A stretch of DNA of 32,000 nucleotides from Propionibacterium ruminifibrarum. Its GTDB lineage: Bacteria; Actinomycetota; Actinomycetes; Propionibacteriales; Propionibacteriaceae. The notes under the pieces are model-generated. The model had not been told where the DNA came from and did no database searches. It saw only the letters and a program-made list of their open reading frames with translations. Made by a program: the position numbers and the translations under genes. The stretch is from positions 180,001 through 212,000 of the forward strand of contig NZ_OMOH01000005.1 of NCBI RefSeq assembly GCF_900289195.1. The letters run 5' to 3'. Below are positions 24,254-32,000 of this stretch, one piece after another (the stretch's first letter is position 1; the number at the start of each line of letters is the position of its first letter).

Positions 24254-25129
24254 GTGCACGACACCTGGAACCCCTGGCACGGCTGCCGCCGCGTCTCAGA
24301 GGGCTGTGACAACTGCTTCATGATGCACCGCGACGCCTCGTGGGGCGTCGACGGCGAGGTCATCCGCCGTGTCGCGCCCGCCGGTTTCACCTACCCGCTC
24401 AGCGTGGACCGCAACGGGGCCTACAAGGTGCGCGCCGGCGAGATGCTGCGCGTGTGCATGACCAGTGACTTCTTCCTGCGCCAGGCCGATCCCTGGCGCG
24501 AGGAGGCCTGGGACGTCATCCGGGCTCGCCCCGACGTGAAGTTCTTCCTGCTCACCAAGCGCCCGCACCGGGTCGCCCGCTGCCTGCCCGGCGACTGGGG
24601 CGACGGCTGGGACAACGTCATGCTCTCGGTCTCCGTCGAGAACCAGCGGCGCGCCGACCAGCGCATGCCCGTCCTGCTCGACCTGCCCTTCGCCCACAAG
24701 GGCGCCATGGCCGCGCCCCTCATCGGTCCCCTCGACGTGGCCCCGTACCTCGCCGACGGGCAGGTCGAGCAGATCCTCGTCGGCGGTGAGAACTACGGCG
24801 GCACCAGGCCGCTCGACATCGACTGGGTCCGCTCCCTGCGCGCCCAGTGCGAGGCCGCCGACGTGTCCATGACCTTCATCGAGACCGGCTCGGTCCTCGT
24901 CAAGGACGGCCGCACCTACCGGATGGGCTCCAAACGCCACCAGTCCGTGCAGGCCCACCGCTCCGGACTGTCCTACCAGGCCCGCGCCCGCCGGCCATGG
25001 CACCTGCGCGCACCGCTCGGCTGGGAGATCCCCGCCGGTGAACTACACGTTCCCGAGTTCTCCGGCGACTGCCTCACCTGCGGCTCCCGGCCCATCTGCA
25101 ATGGCCTCTACCAGGGGCGCTGCGCCTGA
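24254..25129 (+). CDS. DUF5131 family protein (phage Gp37/Gp68-like, three-Cys motif)
   Basis: GTG at 24254 preceded by AAGGAGGGGGA. The N-terminus (M)HDTWNPWHGCRRVSEGCDNCFMM matches the family signature WNPxxGCxxxSxGCxxC. An extra C-terminal Cys cluster is CLTCGSRPICNGLYQGRC. Confidence 0.85.
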   Translation: MHDTWNPWHGCRRVSEGCDNCFMMHRDASWGVDGEVIRRVAPAGFTYPLSVDRNGAYKVRAGEMLRVCMTSDFFLRQADPWREEAWDVIRARPDVKFFLLTKRPHRVARCLPGDWGDGWDNVMLSVSVENQRRADQRMPVLLDLPFAHKGAMAAPLIGPLDVAPYLADGQVEQILVGGENYGGTRPLDIDWVRSLRAQCEAADVSMTFIETGSVLVKDGRTYRMGSKRHQSVQAHRSGLSYQARARRPWHLRAPLGWEIPAGELHVPEFSGDCLTCGSRPICNGLYQGRCA

Positions 25130-25244
25130 CCAGGAACCATCCGCTCAGCCCGGCGTCACCGGCCGTTCTTCACTGCGACAACACCTGAGTTCCGGTCGGC
25201 CACACGATGATCCGCGTCAACGGCCCTGGACCGGAGGGGTCACT

Positions 25245-25276
25245 GGGGCCGGCCGTATGACGACTCGGCCGGCCCC
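25245..25276. terminator. GC-rich stem-loop between convergent genes (likely bidirectional intrinsic terminator)
   Basis: GGGGCCGGCCG (25245-25255), a 10-nt loop, then CGGCCGGCCCC (25266-25276), giving a perfect 11-bp stem. It lies between the DUF5131 stop (25129) and the lipoprotein stop (25298). There is no U-tract, as is common in high-GC actinobacteria. Confidence 0.7.
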
Positions 25277-25297
25277 AGCGGATGGTCGTCCATGCGC

Positions 25298-25795
25298 TCA
25301 ACCGCAGGTGGCGGTCATCTCGAAGCTCCGCAGCGGGACGGAGGGGTCCGTCGCGACCTCGGCGGGCGCTTCGCCGGTGACGGTGTAGGTCGAGCCGTCG
25401 ACCGTCGCCTCGGCATGGCCAATGCCACCGACGTCTATGAAGGAGAGCACCGATTCGCCCTCCCGGCCGGCATTGATCATGGCCACCTGGCCATTCTCGT
25501 CGAGAGTCACTGTGAAGGAGCTGGCCGTTGTCGTTGTCGACGCGGCGTGGACAGTGGTCATGCCATCCTCCGTGCCGCACGCCACGATCGGCTGGTCGAT
25601 GGTGAAGGGTTCACCGTCGATTGTCGCCGAGAAGTCGCCGCCGGTGGTCGCCTCGGGTGCGCTGCTCGTCGTGGCGGCCTCGGCGGGAGAGGAACTCTCG
25701 GTGGTGTTCGACTGGCCGCTGCACGCGCCCAGGCTCAGCGCCAGGGCAGGGGCCAGAATCAGGGTCATGACGGTCTTGGTGGTGGGGTTCTTCAT
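25298..25795 (-). CDS. secreted lipoprotein (LpqH / 19-kDa-antigen-like)
   Basis: Signal peptide with lipobox LSLGAC, a Ser/Thr/Ala/Glu-rich linker after the lipidated Cys, and a beta-rich mature domain with a conserved Cys pair (…IVACGTEDG…MTATCG). Assignment to the LpqH family is tentative. Confidence 0.8.
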   Translation of the reverse strand: MKNPTTKTVMTLILAPALALSLGACSGQSNTTESSSPAEAATTSSAPEATTGGDFSATIDGEPFTIDQPIVACGTEDGMTTVHAASTTTTASSFTVTLDENGQVAMINAGREGESVLSFIDVGGIGHAEATVDGSTYTVTGEAPAEVATDPSVPLRSFEMTATCG

Positions 25796-26071
25796 GGTGC
25801 GTCCTCACTTCGTACGCGGTCGTGATCGAGGGGTGCCGATCCTGCGCCGAGGCGGGACCGGTGACCGACGACGGGCATCAGCCCTCATCAGTATAGGAAT
25901 CGTCGTCCCCATCCCGGAAACCGGTCGAAGACCTCATCGGTGATCCGGGCCCGGGCGGGGCCAAGGTTCCGCAAGGCCTGGGCCTGCGCAGGCTCGTTGC
26001 CGTGCCGGATCGTGCCGGACGATTCGTCCAACGCGGCCACTCGGGCTTCAGTGTCGCCTCCTGTCGGATGC

Positions 26072-27019
26072 TCACGGCACCTCGTGCCCGGCGGCCCGGA
26101 CGAGCCCGTACCACTCACCGCGGGTGAGCGGGGTGTCGGAGCCGGCCGCGGCCTCTGTCACCCGCTGGGGCGTCGTCGTGCCGAGGACGACCTGGATTCT
26201 GGCCGGGTGGCGGGTGATCCAGGCGACCGCGATCGCTGTCGGGGTGACGCCGTACTTGGCGGCGAGCCGGTCGAGCTCGGCGTTCAGCTTCGGATGGTCC
26301 GCCGCGCCGAGGAAGACCCCGTCGCGGGTGGTCTTCTGGAACGGGCTCCACGCCTGAAGGGTGATCCGGTTGATGCGCGCGTACTCGACGATGCCGCCGC
26401 CGTCGCGGGTGATCGCGTCATCGGTGGTGGTCATGTTCGCAGCCAGACCCTGGGTGATGATCGATGCGTGCGCGACCGACAGCTGCATCTGGTTGACGCT
26501 GATCGGCTGGGTCACAGCCGTGCGCAGCAGGTCGATCTGGCGCGGGGTGTGGTTGGACACCCCGAATGCGCGGACCTTCCCGCTGGACTCCAGGTGGTCG
26601 AAGGCCCGGGCCACTTCCTCCGGCTCGACGAGCGCGTCCGGGCGGTGCAGCAGCAGGACGTCGAGGTAGTCGGTGCCCAGTGCCCTCAGCGACTCCTCGA
26701 CGGAGCCGACGATGTGCTCGTAGGACTGGTCGTAGCCCCACGGGTCGGCGACGATGCCGGTCTTGGTCTGCAGGATGATCTGCTCGCGTTCGGACGGGCT
26801 GAGGTGCAGCGCCTGCGCGAACCGTCGTTCGCACAGGTGAATGCCGTTCGGGCGGTCGAAGCCGTACAGGTCGGCATGGTCGAAGAAGTCGATGCCCGCC
26901 TCACGCGCCGCCGTGTACAGGGCGCGGATCTGCTCATCGGTGTCGTCCGCGATGCGCATCATGCCCGAGATGATGTTGGACGAAGTGGTGCCGGTGGTTC
27001 CGATGGGGATGGTCTTCAT
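26072..27019 (-). CDS. aldo/keto reductase family oxidoreductase
   Basis: AAGGAG upstream of the ATG. Motifs GIDFFDHADLYG, LDVLLLHRPD and FGVSNH. Confidence 0.92.
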   Translation of the reverse strand: MKTIPIGTTGTTSSNIISGMMRIADDTDEQIRALYTAAREAGIDFFDHADLYGFDRPNGIHLCERRFAQALHLSPSEREQIILQTKTGIVADPWGYDQSYEHIVGSVEESLRALGTDYLDVLLLHRPDALVEPEEVARAFDHLESSGKVRAFGVSNHTPRQIDLLRTAVTQPISVNQMQLSVAHASIITQGLAANMTTTDDAITRDGGGIVEYARINRITLQAWSPFQKTTRDGVFLGAADHPKLNAELDRLAAKYGVTPTAIAVAWITRHPARIQVVLGTTTPQRVTEAAAGSDTPLTRGEWYGLVRAAGHEVP

Positions 27020-27166
27020 GGGAGGTCTCCTTGGGGCCCGGAGGGCCGACGAGTTCGTTCCGGCTCGATCCTAGGGCGACACGGCCCTGACCTGGTGGTC
27101 CTCGGCGGACAAGCCGGTCCGACGGGTGTCGTGCGGCCCGTTCCGAACCGGCTCGTCGAGCCGGGG

Positions 27167-27766
27167 TCAGCCCGGCCGGCCCACCGCCCAGCCGCAGCGG
27201 AGCAGCCGCAGCAGGTCGTCGCCGGTCCTGCCGTCGGGAGGCTCTGTGCCGGGAGAGGACGCGGTGGACGCCCAGGCGGTACCGAGTGCGCCGAGGAAGA
27301 GGTCGAGCCCCTGGACGTCCGGGCGTGCCGCCCCCGCCCGCTGAGCGGCACCGAGGAAGTGATCGGTCACGGCGATCACCGTCTCGCACGTCATCCCCAG
27401 TGGCGTCGAGCGGGCGTCGACCGCCGCGCGCAGGGACCCGGGCAGGCCGTTGTACGCCCGCATCCATGACACGAGGACGGCCAGCCACCGGTCCAGGGCC
27501 GCGTCCGGTTCGAGGCGCTCGGCCTCGATGCCCGCGCGCTCGCGGTCGAGGTCCGGCTGACGGCCCTCGAGGACGGCCGCGACGAGATCCTCGCGGGTGG
27601 GGAAATGGCGGTACAGGGTGCCGGCCCCCACCCCGGCTCGCTTCGCCACCGAGTCCAACGGGACGTCCAGTCCTTCGGCGGCGAAGGCCTGCTCGGCCAC
27701 GTCGATGATGCGCGCCCGGTTTCGTTGCGCGTCGCGCCGGGGCGCCCTCGTCCGTGCCGCGGACAT
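27167..27766 (-). CDS. TetR/AcrR family transcriptional regulator
   Basis: ATG at 27766. N-terminal HTH RNRARIIDVAEQAFAAEGLDVPLDSVAKRAGVGAGTLYRHFPTREDL. Confidence 0.9.
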   Translation of the reverse strand: MSAARTRAPRRDAQRNRARIIDVAEQAFAAEGLDVPLDSVAKRAGVGAGTLYRHFPTREDLVAAVLEGRQPDLDRERAGIEAERLEPDAALDRWLAVLVSWMRAYNGLPGSLRAAVDARSTPLGMTCETVIAVTDHFLGAAQRAGAARPDVQGLDLFLGALGTAWASTASSPGTEPPDGRTGDDLLRLLRCGWAVGRPG

Positions 27767-27793
27767 GTTCACCCCCTTGTTATCCGGAGACTC

Positions 27794-27812
27794 CCTCCGT
27801 ATCATGCGGAGG
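27794..27812. promoter_or_regulatory. inverted repeat in the TetR / oxidoreductase divergent intergenic region (candidate operator)
   Basis: CCTCCG-TATCATG-CGGAGG lies between divergent start codons at 27766 and 27900. The operator role is inferred only. Confidence 0.25.
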
Positions 27813-27899
27813 CAGTGGCTTGGTCAGATGGTACGGCAGCCAGGGCCGGGCGCTGTCAGGACCAGCCGGGCATCCGGCGGCACGAGCAAGGAGCGGGAA

Positions 27900-28643
27900 A
27901 TGCGCATTGGAATCATCGGGGTCGGCAACATCGGCAGGTCGCTGGCTCGCAATCTCGGCCGGAGCGGCCACGACGTCAAGGTGGCGAACTCACGTGGGCC
28001 GCAGACCATCCCGGCGGACGTGCTCACCGAGGGGGTGCGCGCCGTGACGGTCGCCGAGGCCGCGGCCGACGTCGATGCGCTCATCCTGTCCATTCCCCTG
28101 AGCTCGATCCCGAGGATCGCTCCCGCAGTGGCGGGTCTTCCCTCGTCGGTGACCGTCATCGACACATCGAACTACTACCCGCTCCGTGACGGCGAGGACC
28201 TTCTGCAGCCTGGCCGGGTGGAGAGCGAGTGGGTCATCGGCCAGCTGGGGCGCCCGGTCGCCAAGGCCTGGAACTCGATCGGTTCGGCCTCGCTGGCCGA
28301 GAAGGGCCGCCCGAGCGGGGCGGCGGATCGCGTCGCACTGCCGGTGGCGGCCGATCGGCCCCAGGATCGGGAACTCGCCATGGCCCTGGTCGACGACAGC
28401 GGGTTCGACGCCTACGACGCGGGTCCGATCGCGCAGTCATGGCGCCAGCAGCCCGGAACCCCCTGCTACGGCACCGATCTCACGCTCGACGAGCTCCCCG
28501 GCGCCCTTGCAGCCGCCGACCCCGAGCGAGCCCCCAGGCGCCGGGACCTGATCGTCGCCGCAATCCAGGAGAAGGTGGGGGACAGCACGACCAACCCCAG
28601 CAGCGACTGGAGCGTCGCACTCGCCCGGCTCATCAACATGTAA
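27900..28643 (+). CDS. NADP oxidoreductase, coenzyme F420-dependent-like / NAD(P)-binding Rossmann protein
   Basis: ATG at 27900 preceded by AAGGAGCGGGAA. MRIGIIGVGNIGRSLARNLGRSGHDV is a dinucleotide-binding fold. Overall resemblance to the NADPH-dependent F420 reductase-like family. Confidence 0.82.
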   Translation: MRIGIIGVGNIGRSLARNLGRSGHDVKVANSRGPQTIPADVLTEGVRAVTVAEAAADVDALILSIPLSSIPRIAPAVAGLPSSVTVIDTSNYYPLRDGEDLLQPGRVESEWVIGQLGRPVAKAWNSIGSASLAEKGRPSGAADRVALPVAADRPQDRELAMALVDDSGFDAYDAGPIAQSWRQQPGTPCYGTDLTLDELPGALAAADPERAPRRRDLIVAAIQEKVGDSTTNPSSDWSVALARLINM

Positions 28644-28666
28644 GCGGACGCGTCCCCGGCCAGGGG

Positions 28667-29317
28667 TTACGTTCTGCCGGGGACGCACCCCGCCTCGTGG
28701 GCGATGATCACCAGCTGGGGCCGGTCACGGGCATCCAGCTTGGTGAGCAGGTGCGCGATGTGGGTCTTCAGCGTGCTGCGCGAGATGAACAGCTCACGCT
28801 CGATCTCGGCGTTGTTGAGCCCCTGCCCGATGAGCCCGAGCACCTCACGTTCGCGGGCCGTGATCTGCGGCAGCTCACGCACCGGATGCTGCGCGGTCAA
28901 CGACTGCTCGATGACGCGCCTGAGAACCGACGGCGCGAGGATCTGCTCCCCGCGCGCCAGTCTGCGGACCGCATCGGCCACGACCTCGGGTTCGGCGTCC
29001 TTGAGCAGGAAGCCCGAGGCCCCGGCGCGCAGCGCGCCGAAGACGTACTCGTCCAGTTCGAACATGGTCAGGACGCAGACCCTCGTGCGCTCCAGTGCCG
29101 GCTCGGCGAGGATGCGCCGGGTGGCCTCCAAACCGTCGACCTCGGGCATCCGCAGATCCATGAGGACGACATCGGGCCGGCTCGACCGGGCGAGCGCGAC
29201 CGCCTGTTCGCCGTCGGACGCCTCCGCGACCACGTCGATGTCGGGCTCGTCGCCGATGAGGCTGGCCAGGCTGCGGCGCACGAGCGCCTGATCGTCGACG
29301 ACGAGGACGCGGATCAT
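28667..29317 (-). CDS. response regulator, NarL/LuxR family
   Basis: ATG at 29317 overlaps the kinase stop (ATGA). Receiver motifs VLVVDDQ and DVVLMDLRMPEVDG. C-terminal HTH LTAREREVLGLIGQGLNNAEIERELFISRSTLKTHIAHLLTKL. Confidence 0.93.
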   Translation of the reverse strand: MIRVLVVDDQALVRRSLASLIGDEPDIDVVAEASDGEQAVALARSSRPDVVLMDLRMPEVDGLEATRRILAEPALERTRVCVLTMFELDEYVFGALRAGASGFLLKDAEPEVVADAVRRLARGEQILAPSVLRRVIEQSLTAQHPVRELPQITAREREVLGLIGQGLNNAEIERELFISRSTLKTHIAHLLTKLDARDRPQLVIIAHEAGCVPGRT

Positions 29318-30159
29318 GCTGCCGGCCCCTCGTCGGGGATGCTCGCCGCCACCACGAATCCGTTCCCCGAGGGGCCATGGGTCAGCGTGCCGCCCGCAAG
29401 GCGGACACGCTGCTCGAGCAGGCCGAGGCCATGGCCGGCGCCGGGAACGGAGACGGCCTGGTCGTGCGGCCCCTCGTCCTCGACGCGCACGGTGACGTGA
29501 TCCCCGCGTCGCGCGATGGTGCACTCGGCGCCGGTGGGGCCGACGTGGCGCATGATGTTCCGCAGCGCCTCACGGACGACGTGGTGCACGACGAGCCCGG
29601 TCGCGCTGCTGCACCGGGTGTCCAGCCCGCTGACCCGCAGCGCCACCCCGGAGGCCCGGGCCTGCTCGATGACATCGGCCAGCTCGGTGATCCCGGCGGT
29701 CGGGGACAGGGGAGCGGCGGCGCCGGGCTCGCGCAGCACCGTGAGCACCTGGCGCAGCTCGGCCGTCGCCTGCCGGCTGAGCCCGATGACATCGTCGAGT
29801 GCCGCGTGCGCCTCGGCCGGCTCGCTGCTGCGCGCGCCGACCCGCGCCCGCAGCGTGATCGTCCCCAGCCCGTGGCTGATGATGTCGTGAAGCTGGCCGG
29901 CAAGAACCAGCCGGTCCTTCAGAACGGCCTCGGCCGCGGCGGCCGCGATCATCTGGCGGCGGTGCGACCGCTGCTCGGCCAGAGCCATCACGGCCAGCCA
30001 GCAGCCCAGCGCGGCGACGGCCGCCACGACGAGCAGGGTCATGGTGCCACCTGACCCGTTCTCCGGAGCGCGGCCGGTCACCGTGAAGGACAGCGCGCCG
30101 AAGGCGACTGCCCCCAGGGTGAGGGCCCAGCGGTGCCAGGACCGTTCCCGCTTCTCCAT
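29314..30159 (-). CDS. sensor histidine kinase (HisKA_3 / DesK-LiaS type, intramembrane-sensing architecture)
   Basis: Two N-terminal TM helices are joined by a ~12-aa loop. They lead directly into the H-box LAGQLHDIISHGL, then REALRNIMRH (N-box) and GHGLGLLEQR (G-box). 281 aa. Confidence 0.9.
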   Translation of the reverse strand: MEKRERSWHRWALTLGAVAFGALSFTVTGRAPENGSGGTMTLLVVAAVAALGCWLAVMALAEQRSHRRQMIAAAAAEAVLKDRLVLAGQLHDIISHGLGTITLRARVGARSSEPAEAHAALDDVIGLSRQATAELRQVLTVLREPGAAAPLSPTAGITELADVIEQARASGVALRVSGLDTRCSSATGLVVHHVVREALRNIMRHVGPTGAECTIARRGDHVTVRVEDEGPHDQAVSVPGAGHGLGLLEQRVRLAGGTLTHGPSGNGFVVAASIPDEGPAA

Positions 30160-30257
30160 GCGGCAATCCTAGGGGCCTGCCCGGGGCCGCGCATCGGCCC
30201 TGGGGCCGAGCCCGGCGGGCCGATGCGCGCTCAGCCGGAACACCCGACCATGGGGCC

Positions 30258-30962
30258 ATGATCACCTTCGACCACGTGGTGAAGCGCCGTGGCGCGGCCA
30301 CGATCCTCGACGACGTCGGTTTCGAGGCCAGGGCTGGCAGGGTCACCGGTTTCGTCGGGCGCAACGGCGCCGGCAAGTCCTCGGCACTGCGCATCCTCCT
30401 GGGACTCGACCGCGCCACCGCAGGCGCCGCGACGATCGGTGGCGCGCCCTACGCGTCACTGAGACGCCCCCTCACGAGGGTCGGGGTGAGCCTGGGCGGC
30501 GCCGGCGCCCATCCCGGGCGCACCGCTGCCGGCCACCTGGGTTGGCTCGCGTCGAGCAACGGCATATCCCGCTCGCGGGTGGGGCGGGTGCTCGACGAGC
30601 TCGGGCTCGCCGCCGCGGGGCGGCGCAGGGTCGGCACGTTCAGCCTCGGCATGGCCCAGCGTCTTGGTCTCGCTGCCGCCCTGCTCGGCGAGCCGGAGGT
30701 CCTCGTCCTCGACGAGCCGGTCAACGGGCTCGACCCGGACGGCATCCGCTGGCTGCGAGGACTCGTCCGTCGCCACGCGGCAGACGGCGGCACCGTCCTC
30801 ATGTCCAGCCACCTCATCACCGAGCTGGCCGAGGTCGCCGACGACGTCGTCATCATCGACGGCGGACGAATCCGTGCCTCCGCCCCGGTGGAGCACCTCG
30901 TCGCGGCCCACGGGGGCCTCGAGACCGCCTTCTTCGCCGTGGCGGGGGAGGGCTCGGCATGA
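30258..30962 (+). CDS. ABC transporter ATP-binding protein
   Basis: Walker A GRNGAGKSS, signature FSLGMAQRL, Walker B VLVLDEPVNGLD, H-loop MSSH. Confidence 0.93.
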   Translation: MITFDHVVKRRGAATILDDVGFEARAGRVTGFVGRNGAGKSSALRILLGLDRATAGAATIGGAPYASLRRPLTRVGVSLGGAGAHPGRTAAGHLGWLASSNGISRSRVGRVLDELGLAAAGRRRVGTFSLGMAQRLGLAAALLGEPEVLVLDEPVNGLDPDGIRWLRGLVRRHAADGGTVLMSSHLITELAEVADDVVIIDGGRIRASAPVEHLVAAHGGLETAFFAVAGEGSA

Positions 30963-31726
30963 GGGTTTTCGTGACGGAGACCCGCAAACTCCTCGGGCTG
31001 CGTCCCGCCGTCGGTGCGGTCGTCGCCGCGCTGGTGCTCACCCCGCTCCTGACATGGGTGAACGCGCGCAGCGTCCGCGCCGCGATCGAAGGAGTCCGGG
31101 CCGACGTGGACGCCGACCCGGCCGGGCTCGGGGTGAGCGAGGCGCTGCTGTCGGTCGCCGCGTCCGCCGCGCTCGGGGTCTTGGTGGTCTGGCAGGAGTA
31201 CCGGCCGATGCCCGAGGAACTCGGCGGCGGACACCAGGCCGCCATGAGCGAGCTGGCGGTGCCCGCACGCATCAGAAGATGCCTCGCCAAGTACGTGCTG
31301 GCGGCCCTGGCCGGCGGGCTCGTGACGAGCCTGGCCCTGGCCGAGGGCACCATCACCGCCCGCCGCGTCCTCGGTCCGCACGCCCCGGCCATGACCACCG
31401 CCCAGTGGCAGCAGGACGGCCGGGTGGTGCTCTACGCGGTCTTCCTCTCGCTGTTCGCAGCCGGGGCGACGCTGGTCCTGCGCAACGGGCTGGTGCCCAT
31501 GGTCTACCTCGTCGCGAGCTCGACGGTCGTCTCGGTGGGCTTCCTCCTCGCCATGCGCTGGTCGTGGGCCTGGTACCTGCTGCCGGACGCCCTCGGCCCG
31601 GCGCTGATCCGCGCCGGCGAGGAGCCCGGGATGCCGTCGATCCCGGCCGCGGCGGCCGCAATGGCCGGCTGGGTGCTCCTCGGATGTGGCGCGGGAGCCG
31701 TGTTCGACCGGTACCGGGACGTCTGA
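30959..31726 (+). CDS. ABC-2 type transporter permease
   Basis: ATG at 30959 overlaps the ATPase stop (ATGA). The N-terminus ETRKLLGLRPAVGAVVAAL and the QEY motif region are typical of ABC-2 permeases. Multiple hydrophobic segments. Confidence 0.7.
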   Translation: MRVFVTETRKLLGLRPAVGAVVAALVLTPLLTWVNARSVRAAIEGVRADVDADPAGLGVSEALLSVAASAALGVLVVWQEYRPMPEELGGGHQAAMSELAVPARIRRCLAKYVLAALAGGLVTSLALAEGTITARRVLGPHAPAMTTAQWQQDGRVVLYAVFLSLFAAGATLVLRNGLVPMVYLVASSTVVSVGFLLAMRWSWAWYLLPDALGPALIRAGEEPGMPSIPAAAAAMAGWVLLGCGAGAVFDRYRDV

Positions 31727-32000
31727 TGGGCGTCATGGTCGCCGAGTTCGGCAAGATCGGCGGGCTGCGCAGGAGCTGGGTGTTGCTCGCCGTGTCCGTC
31801 GGCTGGGCCGTGGTCCTGGGGCTCGCGGTCCGCAGCGCGAACGGGGCCGGCGGCGCATCCCTGGCCACGGTCATGCCCCTTGTCCTGGCCGGCAGCGTCG
31901 TGTGCGGGGCGGGTCTCGCCGGCCAGGAGTACGTCCGTCAGCACCGCAGCACCCTGCTCGCAATGCCCGCTCGCCTGCGGTGGGCAGGTGCCCGCGTGGT
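31726..32000 (+). CDS. second ABC-2 type transporter permease, partial (runs off the window end)
   Basis: ATG at 31726 overlaps the previous stop (TGATG). MGVMVAEFGKIGGLRRSWVLLAVSVGW... and GQEYVRQHRSTLLAMPARLRW match the ABC-2 permease N-terminal pattern. No stop in the window, so it is not in the ORF track. Confidence 0.65.
   Translation, partial: MGVMVAEFGKIGGLRRSWVLLAVSVGWAVVLGLAVRSANGAGGASLATVMPLVLAGSVVCGAGLAGQEYVRQHRSTLLAMPARLRWAGARV

Noticed and set aside
25878-26118. Two overlapping small minus-strand ORFs (76-78 aa) between the lipoprotein gene and the aldo/keto reductase gene
   Set aside because: Both starts overlap the aldo/keto reductase 3' end by more than 40 nt, and I saw no RBS or family signature. 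A segment reading ...VAALDESSGTIRHGNEPAQAQALRNL... might be a gene remnant, but this cannot be supported.
25940-27469. 509-aa plus-strand ORF
   Set aside because: Antisense to the aldo/keto reductase and TetR genes, both of which have strong family motifs and SD sequences.
28229-29500. 423-aa plus-strand ORF
   Set aside because: It is antisense to the response regulator and kinase genes, and overlaps the end of the NADP oxidoreductase gene in another frame.

Overview
High-GC (by eye about 65-70%) actinobacterial chromosomal window; the exact taxon cannot be determined from sequence alone. Most of it is conserved housekeeping backbone whose order resembles two Mycobacterium tuberculosis neighbourhoods as I recall them. 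These are greA / DoxX-like membrane protein / mca / cis-prenyltransferase / hemolysin-III, and xseB-xseA / ispH / ychF. Other core genes are msrA, ung, an AI-2E transporter, rmuC and an M18 aminopeptidase. Three parts stand out. (1) A 1127-aa cytoplasmic ORF (16132-19515) carries an internally duplicated beta-helix-like N-terminal region, then two complete CbbX/SpoVK/EccA-class AAA+ modules. I cannot map this architecture to a described system, and it is my best candidate for something new. (2) A small accessory islet lies directly after ychF (20690-22312). It holds two back-to-back type II toxin-antitoxin pairs (Phd/YefM-VapC and HigB-HigA), a higA relic abutting the ychF stop codon, and a decayed second copy of the ychF 3' end. 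This looks like an integration or accretion scar at the 3' end of ychF. (3) A codon-atypical block follows (22328-25129). It contains four 23-bp AT-rich tandem repeats, a DUF4143-type AAA ATPase with a nuclease-like C-terminal motif, about 580 bp of unassignable DNA, and an orphan DUF5131 (phage Gp37/Gp68-like) three-Cys protein. The right end carries an LpqH-like lipoprotein, a TetR/aldo-keto-reductase/NADP-oxidoreductase cluster, and a DesK/NarL-type two-component system divergent from an ABC-2 exporter. No rRNA, tRNA or CRISPR array was found. All family calls rest on motifs I recognise by eye in the translations; no database search was run. The many long ORFs antisense to confident genes are treated as high-GC shadow ORFs.
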